From: Perkinsela sp. CCAP 1560/9
Taxonomy: Eukaryota; Protista; Euglenozoa: Kinetoplastea
Length of the DNA stretch: 64,000 bases
Direction: 5' to 3'
Assembly (NCBI GenBank): GCA_965644495.1
Contig: CBFFSA010000009.1
Location: 1 to 64,000 of the forward strand
Both the position numbers and the translations under genes were made by a program. The notes beneath the pieces are model-generated. The model had not been told where the DNA came from and made no database searches. It saw only the letters and a program-made list of their open reading frames with translations. Shown here one piece after another: positions 35,794-47,033 of the stretch. How positions within the stretch are numbered: the stretch's first letter is position 1; every line of letters starts with the position of its first letter.

Positions 35794-36621
35794 ATGATCC
35801 TCTCTGTACGCTTGTCAGATACGGAAACGGGGCCGTCGCAACGCCACAAAATAAGTAGCCCGAAGGAATTATCTCAGGAGGAATCATCTCTTCCGAACGC
35901 TCATCCAACACCCATGGCAAGCGCCACGCGGAGGGGTAAAGTCAGCGGTGCCACCTTTCCTCAAGAATATGCTTTGGAAAAAATGGTACGCGGACTAAAG
36001 AGGAAACCAAAACGGTGGACCTCGGAGACACCCGCGTGTGCGTGGCGTGGAATTCACTGCGATGAAAGTGGAGACGTTGAAAATATACTTTGGTCCTATG
36101 AAGATCTAGAAGGCTCAGTAGACCTCAAACATATTCCTGCAACCGCTATGAGATTCTGCGCAAGCGGTAATGGTATATCAGGAACTGTGAATTTAGAGAG
36201 TTTTTCCCCAGGAAGTTGCCTTCACTGCTTAAGGCTCGACGATAATGCTCTAAGTGGCTCTTTGGACTTGACATCCCTCCCTCGAAGAATAGGGGTAGTC
36301 AATTTTTCCCTCAATCATCTATCAGGCAGCCTGAGTCTTATAAATTTGCCTCCGGACCTAATCGAGTTGAAGCTAGGACACAACTACTTTTCAGGACCCT
36401 TGACATTGACTGAGCTTCCTCCGAATCTTCAGTGGTTTTTCTTAGATCACAATAACTTTGAAGGAAGCGTAGACCTGCATAGCCTCCCACATCGGATGAA
36501 ACTTATCTATTTGCATGGAAACAAGTTATTGAGCGGAAGCGTAAGAGTGGAAAAACTTCCTGTAGCTGTGCATGCCAATCTTGCGAAAATATGGATGGGC
36601 ACGAAAATATCTCTTGAGTGA
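35794..36621 (+). CDS. LRR protein (paralog 7)
   Basis: ORF 35707..36621; the upstream ATG is created at a MITE junction so 35794 is the likelier start; RRGKV..FPQEYAL..TPACAWRGIHC cap plus LRRs. Confidence 0.88.
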   Translation: MILSVRLSDTETGPSQRHKISSPKELSQEESSLPNAHPTPMASATRRGKVSGATFPQEYALEKMVRGLKRKPKRWTSETPACAWRGIHCDESGDVENILWSYEDLEGSVDLKHIPATAMRFCASGNGISGTVNLESFSPGSCLHCLRLDDNALSGSLDLTSLPRRIGVVNFSLNHLSGSLSLINLPPDLIELKLGHNYFSGPLTLTELPPNLQWFFLDHNNFEGSVDLHSLPHRMKLIYLHGNKLLSGSVRVEKLPVAVHANLAKIWMGTKISLE

Positions 36622-37689
36622 AGTGATTCGATCGTTTTTATAAAGTAGGCTCCTGATGTGAGTCTGACAACAATAATATAATCTTCTACTATATTACTGT
36701 GTTCCTGTGTTTTCTATCGTTTTTGAATCATAAAAAATATTTATAGGGCCGTTAGGGTAATTTCCAAGGATGTTTATTTTGGGCGTGGAATTTTTTTTTC
36801 ACGTTTAAAGGGTGCGAAAGAGCAGTTTTGGATGAAGGCTTACTGAATCAACTGTATGTAGACCGTGACCCCCCCTTAGTTATCTGACATTTTAGATCCA
36901 AAATCGGGTTTTTTGGGTAGCGTACTTATCGAAAAAACTACACAAAGGGCTGACTTATCCAAAAATCTTATCTGACTTAGCTGACTTATCCAAAAAAAAA
37001 GCTTCAGAGTAAGTGTCTTCAGCACGAAACAGAGTAAATGTCTTCAGCACGTAGTGCATGAACTACGAAACGAGTAATCTTTTTCCGTTTGCTGGTTGGC
37101 GAAGCTCGCTCTGCAGTCCACGCCACGCTGAAAAGTTCTCGCGATCCTGGTGCTTGAACTGCCAGTTGACTGACACATCCATAATTTGAACAAGGGAAGT
37201 GCAACCGGAAGGAACAAACAGACAACGCACTTCAAGTCCGCGACGGAAAGAGAGAACTTCCTCGAAACGATGCGCTGCGTTTTGAAACGATCGACTACGA
37301 GCAGCGTCTTCCGTGGTGGATAAGTGTTGTGGTCTAGCAAATTCTCTTTCAACCAAGCCAGAAAAGAATCGCCACTCACACATTGACAATGCATAGTTAC
37401 TGCACACTGATAATGCCTATAGCACATTTATACTGCATATAGCACATTGATAATGCAAGTCTTTGCCACTGAGTCTAACCACAGAAATCTCAGAAACGAG
37501 GAGAGAAAAGAAATGAAGCGGAGCTGTGGAGGCGTTTTTTGCAGGTGGTTATTGATCAGAGGTCTAATATCTTGGACGATTATTACGATCATCGTGTTGT
37601 TGGAAATAACGAAGAATAGCCCAAAAAAAGCAATCAAGAATGCTGCTCTTTTCTGCTCTTTTCTGCTCTTTTCTTTCTGATTCTTCCGA

Positions 37690-38240
37690 CGTGTCTACTA
37701 ATAACCCGCTACGTACCTTTGGAGCAATGTTACCTCGAGTGTTTTCGTCAAGCTCCTTTGGGCTGCTGTTCTGGAGAATTTCCTTAGGTCGTTGGTTAAT
37801 GGAATCACACACCGAGTCCAGAGTGGCTTGATAAATGTCAGTGAAAACAACCCACTTCGGATAGAAATGGCGCACCAGACCATTGAAAAGTTCTACCCCG
37901 CCCTTTTCCCAACTTGCGTAGGGCTTGCAAAAGAAGGTAAACAAAAGCTTGCGAAAGAAGGCAAAGAAGGCTTGCAAAAGAGGATAAACAGCCTAACGCT
38001 CCATTCACTGCTTCGTGCTTCGCAAATTCGGAGCCGTTTTCGTAGGTCAAAGTACGAACATGATAACCTCGCAGTGCTTGGATAATTTCCTGCGCAACGA
38101 GATTCGACCTTTTGCAAGACAGCTTGCGAAGGATGCCACCCGGATTTTCCATCTACAATGCTGAGAAAAAAGCCACTGTGCTTCGTCCCTTCAATTTTAA
38201 AAATGTAGGTCGCATTCCCAGTCTCCATACCGGGACCGAC
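37690..38240 (-). pseudogene. Decayed IS30-family transposase (C-terminal half)
   Basis: TLTYENGSEFAKH, KPYASWEKGGVELFNGLVRHFYPK, INQRPKEIL; frameshifts and a small internal duplication. Confidence 0.9.
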
Positions 38241-38306
38241 AGTTCACTGAATCGGGAAGAATTCTGAAGGTCAAATAAAAAACTCGTATGAGCTATCAAT
38301 GGATTG

Positions 38307-38428
38307 TATGCATTATCAATGTGCTATATGCATTATCAGTGTGCTATACGCATCATCAATGTGCCGCTTAGTATGCATTATCAATGTGCTATATTCTTAA
38401 TCAGTGTGCTATATGCACTATCAATGTA
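38307..38428. repeat. ~20-bp minisatellite TATGCATTATCAATGTGCTA; inverted array at 37378-37458, diverged array at 44420-44562
   Basis: Direct reading. Confidence 0.85.
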
Positions 38429-38823
38429 CGGGCGCCATCACCTGTAGCCCAGCCGGGCACTGCGGTAGTAGCAGTGCAACTGTACTTGGCAGCTGTACAA
38501 ATATTTTTGCATAAGCCGATTTTTTGGATAAGTAGCGTACTTGGATAACTAAGGGGGGGGGGTAACGGTATACACAAAAGCTGCCGGGTGCCCGACGTGT
38601 GGCGTAGGGACAAACATAAAATTTGCGAAAAATCCGGTAGATTAAATGAACCATGGACCTCTTGGCACTTACTCTTCTAGCGATTTAACATCTTACATAC
38701 CCATAGAGGGCTTAGAGTTGATCAAACAAATGCGTGAGAGGACTTTGAGTAGTGTAACCTGTACAATGGATGAACAGTAATGACCCCTCCATATTTTCGT
38801 ACCCACCCCTGTATAATGAAGAA

Positions 38824-39706
38824 ATTGCAGTGGTTGTAAAACTACCGCTCTACACTCGATTATTGAAAAAAAAGTGAACAAAAACAGTGAAAATATAAAG
38901 AGGAACACAGTAATATAATAGAAGAAAAAAATATAAAAGGGGGCTCCGGTGGTCCAAAACTGAAAAAAAAATTTGAAAAAAATGGGGGGTCCATGGGGGG
39001 GGTCCAGGGGGGTCATGGTCGAGCAAATTTTTTCGAAAAAATTAGTTTTCGAAAAAAAACCGTAGAAGGGGTAGCCGGGGTCTTGGCGCGCATTTTCCAC
39101 CCCCCTACGCCGGGGTGACCCCCCGCGTATCCGCAGGACGGGTCCGCCAAGTTCGGATTTTTTCGGAAATTTTTTTTGAAAAATAACTCAAATTGGCGAA
39201 AAATACAGCTTAAAAAATCGTTCTTCAAAATAGTTTCACCTATTGCATTTTGATAGTTTGGGACCTACACTAGCTTTCTCCGCAGTTGTTTTCGCAAGGT
39301 ATCCCTTCTTCGAACTGTGGTGCGCCCCTCAAAATGACCCATTTTTGACTCAAAAAGGTGAAAAAGTATTTTTCGGACCCCAAGGGGCATTTTTGTGTCG
39401 AAAGAATGGTATGGTTGGAGTCGCATTCTCTACCAAATACGTTCGGTAGGCTTCCATTCATGCCTACGAGTGATTTCCCATGCGCAAATGTCGGATTTAG
39501 TGCTCTGAGAGCAAAAATACGCGAAAATCACCCCATTTTTACCCGAAATTCGGCTATTTTTGGCTATAATCTTTTCCAGGCTAAATTTTCTTTTTTAGGC
39601 TCTTCGTTAAACGCGGTGGTAGTTTTCAACGCGAAGCGCTCAGCATGAGTGACTTCTAAGTTGAAAACAACCACCGCGTTTAACGAAGAGCCTAAAAAAG
39701 AAATTA
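38824..39706 (-). mobile_element. Family H element
   Basis: Reverse complement of 51602..52507 with small indels. Confidence 0.92.
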
Positions 39707-40050
39707 AGGGGGGGGGTACATTCGCTCACCGTTATTCCGGGTGGGGGGTATAAGAGGGCTGAAACCAGTAAAACGCAAACCCAGGCAAACCCAGGCAAAC
39801 CAAGTCAGGTCCCAAGAGAAACCAATGGGAAAGGCACTTGGCGTTTTTTCGGCTATGGAGTTCGCTGGAGGATCCGGGTGGGGGTTCCCGGGGGTGGAAG
39901 GCGGGTTCAGGTGGGGGGTGCAGGGAGACTAGTTCGAGGTCCATGTAAATCGTACGAAATTATCATTACTTTCAGTGTCAACTACTCCTCTTCTAATAAA
40001 TTTTTACAAATATAAATATAAAGCATTTGCATTTATATTTATAATTATAA

Positions 40051-40960
40051 TTTGCGGTGGTTGTAAAACTACCGCTCTACACTCGATTATTGAAAAAAAA
40101 GTGAACAAAAACAGTGAAAATATAAAGGGGAACACAGTAATATAATAGAAGAAAAAAATATAAAAGGGGGCTCCGGTGGTCCAAAACTGAAAAAAAAATT
40201 TGAAAAAAATGGGGGGTCCATGGGGGGGGTCCAGGGGGGGGGGTCCAGGGGGGGGGGGCATGGTCGAGCAAATTTTTTCGAAAAAATTAGTTTTCGAAAA
40301 AAAACCGCAGAAAGGGTAGCCGGGGTCTTGGCGCGCATTTTCCACCCCCCTACCCGGGGGTGACCCCCCCGCGTATCCGCAGGACGGGTCCGCCAAGTTC
40401 GGATTTTTTCGGAAAAAAAAATTTGAAAAAAATTTCAACTTGGCGAAACAAATGACAAAAAAAATATTTTTCCAAAATCGTTTCCCCTATTGTATTTTGA
40501 TAGTTTGGGACCTACACTAGCTTTCTCCGCAGTTGCTTTCGCAAGGTATCACTTCTTCGAACTGTGGTGCGCCCCCCAAAATGACCCATTTTTGACTAAA
40601 AAAGGTGAAAAAGTATTTTTCGGACCTAAAGGGGCATTTTTGTGTCGAAAGAATGGTATGGTTGGAGTCGCATTCTCTACCCAATACGTTCGGTAGGCTT
40701 TCATTCATGCCTGCGAGTGATTTCCCACGCGCAAATGTCGGATTTAGTGCTCTGAGAGCAAAAATACGCGAAAATCACCCCATTTTTACCCGAAATTCGG
40801 CTATTTTTGGCCATAATCTTTCCGTTTTCCAGGCTAAATTTTCTTTTTTAGGCTCTTCGTTAAACGCGGAGGTAGTTTTCAACGCGAAGCGCGCAGCATG
40901 AGTGACTTCTAAGTTGAAAACAACCACCGCGTTTAACGAAGAGCCTAAAAAAGAAAATTA
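40051..40960 (-). mobile_element. Family H element
   Basis: Near-identical reverse complement of 51602..52507. Confidence 0.93.
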
Positions 40961-41527
40961 TAAAAATTTATTAGAAGAGGGTACGTTGGGTAAAAACTAA
41001 AATTGGTGAAAAGGTCAAGGATAGATTGGATCGCAGGTACCGGTGAAAAGGTGCATGGGTGAATCGAAGCAGGGGTGAAGGCCATAAGGGATCGGATTAC
41101 GTGTGTCACTATTGATAACCTTTTTAAAATATACGTATTAAGGAAATAGAATCCATCCCCCAGTAGTAGAATCTATTTTGGACCAAAGTGGCGAAATCCT
41201 TGTTACTGGGGGGTATGCTTTTTGGGTGTGGAAATACCTTATTAAGAAAAATTCTTGTTACCACCGCGTTTAATGAAGAGCCTAAAATATTATATTATTA
41301 CGCTTTTAAGGCTATGTTTGGCTAAAATTAATCTTAATTAAATTAACCGTAATATCATCCACTCGTAAATTAATAATTTGTAAACGCACTTTTTGAGTAA
41401 CTTTTAAACCATTATCCTTCAACGAATTCTGTTGTCCATCAAAAACACTAAAGTGTATCACTGTCAGTCTTGGTTGGGGCCCACAATAAATGAAGGAAAA
41501 AACCACTTTGAATTCTACCCGAGCGTA

Positions 41528-42480
41528 CTACTGCGAATCCTGTGAGCTGTCCATCAAAATACGAGGACGAAGCATAGGAGGGGCGATAACCTTGATATTT
41601 TCGATCAATTCAGTAGGCGAATTGTTCTCCAGGACATCTTTTGGTCGTTCGTTAATGGCTGCAGATGTCGTATCAAGCGCTGATTGCATGATATGTGTGA
41701 ACGATGTTCGCTTAGGGTAGAAATCACGAACAAGACCATTGAAATTTTCAACGCCGCCTTTCTCCCAACTTGCGTAGGACTGACAAAAGAATGATTGACA
41801 GCCCAATGAAGCGTTCTCTAGTTCGTGTTTCGCGAATTCGGTTCCATTGTCGTACGTGATACTGAAAACTTGGAACCCCTGCAGAGGACGAGTGACCTCC
41901 TCGGCCACAATTTCTGATTTCTTGTTCTCCAACTTCCGAAGAACTCCGTAGCGGCTTTTTCTCTCCACTAAACTGAGAAAATAGCCACCATGTTGCGCGC
42001 CTTCAATCAAGTCGCACTCCTAATCTCCATACCTGGAGCGAGTATTGACGAAACCTGGGCGCTCACTTATGTGAGTTCAATTTGGTATTTTCAGGCGATT
42101 TGTGCCCCGGCGCCTTCTACCGCGACCTCCCCCCGGCACAGGAACTGAACTAAATTCCCTGCTCTGTCTTCCCGTTTGACGAATCCATAAACTGCTACAC
42201 GAGAAATCTTTACCCCATCTTACTTAAAGAGAGTTCTAGAGATTTGCTGTGGGCTAAATCTCTTCCGCAGCAAAGTAATCACCTTCTCTTGAACCACACC
42301 TTGTATTTTCTGGTGCTTGTGTTTCCGCCAGGAAATGGATGTGTTTGCCGCTCGTTGCGCGCGCTTCGCATTATACTCCCCGTTACGCATACCTCGCGTG
42401 AGCTCGCGGCTCAGCGTTGACTGATTTAATGACAATTTTGCGGCTATTTCCTCCTGAGAGAAGCCTTACTGGTTGTATAC
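41528..42480 (-). pseudogene. Decayed IS30-family transposase
   Basis: STLSRELTR, FSPQQIS, GD*ECDLIEG, ITYDNGTEF, SWEKGGVENFNGLVR; stops and frameshifts. Confidence 0.92.
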
Positions 42481-42760
42481 TCCTCCTCTCTTTAATTTCT
42501 ATAAAGATAATTATAACAAAAAAGAAAATTCATATTTATATTTATAGAAATGAATGAGAGTGGTTTGGCAAAAAGTCCTGATAAATGATGCTGCCTGATG
42601 GAAATGTTTTTTCTGCGATAAACTATCGCATTTCTGCTATTTTTCTGCGATAAGCTATGGCGGAACGTGAGATCCAAGGCCCTTGCCGGAAGTGAGGGTC
42701 AAATTTTTCTGCGGTTCCACCAGCGAACCAAGCGAACCACTTTTTATGCTAAACAGTACC

Positions 42761-44180
42761 CGGATGTTCAACTCCAGTGCACCACCCCATTGTCAACTCC
42801 AGCGCACCACTTTTTTCACCATAGTCGACCGTCATTCCTTTTTTCTGCGCCTCACCATAGTTGAACATCGTTCCTTTTTCCTTTCAACATAAAAACTTAT
42901 CCAGAGTATTTAAAGAAAGTGTAATACAAGTGTAAGACCTGAGTAAGAAACTTTATTAGACAAGAATTTCTTCACCTTTACAAAATGCTTAAATTTAATG
43001 TCATTAAATTTCCAACACTAGCAGACTAACTTTACAAGCTTTCTCACGTACCTTTGCTTACTTAGCTTCTTTTACTTACGCAGTTCATTCACAAAATCCA
43101 TTGGAGAACGATAATTTAATAATTTCCGAGGACGAGTGTTCAATTCCAATGCTGTTTTGTTTAATTCACTTTGGTTCAAATTCTCAAAAGATTCGGTTTT
43201 CTGATGGAATTGTCGGATCAAACCGTTTGCATGTTCCACAGACCCTTTCTCCCACGAATGATATGGAGCGCAAAAGAAAGACTTGCATTTTAATTTTTTG
43301 TTTACTTCTTCATGGTGCCAGAATTCTGTTCCGTTGTCGTATGTGATTGTTTGAACCTTGTAATTCTTTAACCCGTCTACAATTTGTTTGCTTACCCCCT
43401 TCGCGTGCTTAGATTCCAACTTGCGAAGAACAAGGAAGCGACTCTTACGCTCGCACAGGGTAAGAATATATCCGGTATGTCCTCGACCCTCGACCAAGTC
43501 TGCTTCCCAATCGCCGTAGCGCCGACGCTTATTAACAATTTCTGGTCGATTTTCAAGTGGCGTTCGGTTGGGAATCGCGCTGCGATCAGGTCTGGTGCGA
43601 CGACGGTATGGCCTCTTTCGCCGGATCCGCAAATGGGTGTACAACTTGCCGCCTAAGGACGCGTTGCGACGAATATGGCGATATATGGTAGAAGTCGAGG
43701 CGGTACGACAGCTACGGATCGTATTTGCAATCTGTTCCGGGCTGTGCTTCTTTTGAAGTCGAGAGCTGACTTCCTCTTCCAAAAGGCCTTGTATCTTGTG
43801 AGGCTTGACCTTTTTACACGAGAGGCGTCTTTTCGAAATGCGCTGTGCCCTCGTCCCCTCATAGCGCTGACCCCTTCTTGCATTACGCGCCAACTCGCGA
43901 CAAACAGTGCTGTGACTTTTGCCAATTATGCGAGCTATGCTTCGCCGACTCTCGCCAGATGTAAAGAGTGATTGAATACGATTACGATCGTAATGACTGA
44001 GTCTTGAATAACGGCGCATTTGTAGTGTAGATCCGAAGGATATTATAAAATAATTCTTCTTTGAATAATTGATGGTGCATTGGAAATGAGAATACAGTTT
44101 TTAAGAAAAAGTGGTGCACTGGAAATGACAAGAAAATTATTTTTTGGGAAAAAAAGTGGTGCGTTGGTGTTGACAATCCG
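42761..44180 (-). mobile_element. Intact IS30-family element, 1420 bp
   Basis: IRs CGGATGTTCAACTCCAGTGCACCAC / CGGATTGTCAACACCAACGCACCAC (20 of 25 match), CC dinucleotide on both flanks, intact transposase. Confidence 0.9.
43072..44019 (-). CDS. IS30-family transposase, 315 aa, DD33E
   Basis: HTH (IARIIGKSHSTVCRELARN), HSPEQIA, STIYR, GDWEADLV, TITYDNGTEF, PYHSWEKGSVEHANGLIRQF, LNTRPRKLLNYRSP. Confidence 0.97.
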   Translation of the reverse strand: MRRYSRLSHYDRNRIQSLFTSGESRRSIARIIGKSHSTVCRELARNARRGQRYEGTRAQRISKRRLSCKKVKPHKIQGLLEEEVSSRLQKKHSPEQIANTIRSCRTASTSTIYRHIRRNASLGGKLYTHLRIRRKRPYRRRTRPDRSAIPNRTPLENRPEIVNKRRRYGDWEADLVEGRGHTGYILTLCERKSRFLVLRKLESKHAKGVSKQIVDGLKNYKVQTITYDNGTEFWHHEEVNKKLKCKSFFCAPYHSWEKGSVEHANGLIRQFHQKTESFENLNQSELNKTALELNTRPRKLLNYRSPMDFVNELRK

Positions 44181-44562
44181 CCGTACCACACAGTAGAAGT
44201 TTTTTACTCGATGTTACAGAGCAATATACAACATACATACAGTTAGTATTTTTTTCCTTATGTATTTAGGGTAATTCATCATGGAATAATCGTTAGGATG
44301 TAAACAATTTCATCTTTCTATCCAAAATATAATTTTCTTATGGATCGAAGACGTGTTATATGATATAACTTACATGTATATCACAGGAAGGGGTTCCAGA
44401 AATGCCGCTTACATATAGCCTATATGCATGTGAATGTGCTTAGTATGTATTATCAATGTGCAGTAAATATGCATTTGAATGTGCTATACGCATCTGAATG
44501 TGCTGTTATGCGTGTTAATGTGCTGTTATGCACCTGAATGTGCTAATATGCATCATGTGCTA

Positions 44563-45396
44563 TTAAGGATCTTCGTTAAACGCGGTGGTTGTTTTCAACT
44601 TAGGAGTCACTCATGCTGTGCGCTTCGCGTTGAAAACTACCACCGCGTTTAACGAAGAGCCTAAAAAAGAAAAATTGGTCTTGAAAGATTAAGAAAATGT
44701 CATGAATGAAAGCCTACCAAACGTATCGGGTAAAGAATGCGACCCCAGCCACACCATTCTTTCGACACAAAAATTCCCCTTGGGGTCCGAAAAATACCTT
44801 TTGTCATTTTTTAGTCAAAAGTGGGCCATTTTGGATGGCCCAACACGTCTACAAGAAGAGGTCTCTTGCGAAAGCAACGGTGTGGAAAGCTAGTACAGCT
44901 TCGATAGTATAAACTATCGAAATACAATAGGGCAAAGGAATTGGAAAAATATTTTTTTTTGCCATTTTTTTCGCCAAGTTGAATTTTTTTCCTAAAACAT
45001 TTTCCGAAAAAACCCGAACTTGGCGGACCCCTCCTGCGGATACGCGGGGGAGTCGCCCCCGGTTAGGGGGGGGGGAATGCGCGCCAAATGCAAGAACCCG
45101 GCTACCCTTTCTAAGTTTTTTTTTCGCAAAATAATTTTTTCAAAAAATAAATCGTGCGGTATGCCGCCTCCTGCCCCGCCCCCTGCCCCCCCTTGGACCC
45201 CCCCCCTGGACCCCCCCCCCCCCATAGACCCCCCATTTTTTATTAAATTTCAATTTCAGTTTTGGACCACCGGAGGCCCCTTTTATATTTTTTTCTTCTA
45301 TTATATTACTGTGTTTCTCTTTATATTTTCACTGTTTTTGTTCTCTTTTTTTTTGAATAATCAAGGGTAGAGCGGTAGTTACAAAACCACCGCAAT
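44563..45396 (+). mobile_element. Family H element, diverged
   Basis: Both termini present, internal deletion. Confidence 0.88.
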
Positions 45397-47033
45397 ATGC
45401 ATTATAAATGTCCCGCTTAGTATGCTTTATAAAATGCTTGGGACAGGTAACAAGCGTGTTTATGAAGTCCGTGATAACGTGTGTTACAAGCACTACAAGG
45501 AGTGCTGCTCGAAATCTCAAGACTTGAGTGAAGACTCTGCGGAGACAACGAACCCAAAGTCTTTAGAAGAGTATATCTCTAAAGCCCTTCCATGATTTGC
45601 CGCACAAAGTAATCTATCTACCGAGGGGTTCCTGGGTTGTGTTCGACGAAGAGACTCAGAACGCTGAGTCCGAGACCGCACCGAATCCCCACCCGCAGCC
45701 CCTTAAATGTGGTGGCGGCGAGCTCTCGAATGCGGTGCTACTTTCCAAAATTGGCCAAGTTATAGAAATTTGGAAACCCCCACATTTTCGTGCCCAAGTG
45801 AATAACTGCGGAATGAATAACTGCGGAATAAGTAAACTGCGAATAAATAACCGTACCTCGGGGTAATCATGCAACTAACCTGTAGAGATTAGTCGGCCAA
45901 ATAGCCTGTGTGATTAAGACAAATCGTCAGAAAGACTAACATCCATAGGGGTCCGGTCTGTGCGTTCCCGATTTAGGTAAAACTCCCTCTGCAGGCTCTC
46001 GTTACCAAGTGTTGACGACACTCTTCCATTTTACGCGCTCAACCTTGGAGACTTCCGCGCGCCGCAATCTATAGACTGCGGGGCATTAGATATGTGTGAG
46101 GATGAGTTTTCTTTCGCGTATGCCACAAGGGGGTTGTATTTCAACAATTTTAGCTCATGCAAGGCCTGCATGTTCTCCTCCTATGGGCAAGTTAGTTGAA
46201 CTATCTTAGTTCAATAATGAACTCTTTTCCGTCTCTGAACGTCACCAATGAGGCCAACAATAACGTAGCATACCGTCATTGTCGGCAAGTCAGTTTAGAG
46301 GGCGTCGCATGCCACGTAAGTCGAATCACACAAAGCACCCGCCTTTCAATTCTTTGAGTAGTTGTTTACGATTATGTTATTTGTGAATTAACAGATAGTC
46401 TATCTGTTAATCTATCATAGACTCTACCATGATAGACATACATGTGTATCATGATATCATGTATATCATGATAGACGTACATGTATATCATGATAGACTC
46501 TATCATAGAGTTCCATCCAATTATCACCGATCGTGCCTACAGAATCATGGCTAGCTTTGAAAAACAGTAAGGACATTTTTGTGAAAGTAAATCACACTCA
46601 TTTTATCATGGGGGATTTGGACCGGTAACAAATGAGCTTTTACCGGTGGCTAGGGGTGCCATTTAGAAGGTAAATGCCCCGGTAGTGGAGGTGGCGGTAC
46701 AGGATTGGTACCCGGCGAGGTGCGCTAGCATGGGACTACGGGTTTTGGGGGAGTAATTGTTTATACCATTATGACCTCATCTTTCGGAACGAACCGATTC
46801 GAATGAGAAAGAGGTTTGTTTCGGGACGATTGGGGCGAAAAACTGTGGTATGCGAAAAACATTCCCAGATCTATCGTTCTCTCTTTCGAAATTTCACTAT
46901 TTTCCTTTGCTAGGTAACCAAATATGCGACCTGTAGGGGGCGTAGGGCGATTTAAGAGCGTAAGAATAAGACTGCTCCTTTCCCTTCCTTACTATTTTTA
47001 GGCACCATACTGTATATTCCTTGTATTTAACAC

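Larger units (their letters stand above)
36863..38568 (-). mobile_element. pogo-like element containing a DDE_1 remnant and an IS30 fragment
   Basis: TIR CCGT(G/T)ACCCCCCCTTAGTTATC; LLVVDRFK and VPSGCTSLVQIMDVSVN.QFK at 37044..37407. Confidence 0.78.

Noticed and set aside
39243-40901. Recurrent short ORFs such as MYFDSLGPTLAF and MKKYFSDLKGHF
   Set aside because: They recur only because they lie in family H repeats, and frames break between copies.
42761-44180. Simple bacterial contamination as the source of IS30
   Set aside because: Two differently decayed relatives are embedded among host repeats nearby and no other bacterial genes are present; read-level confirmation is still needed.
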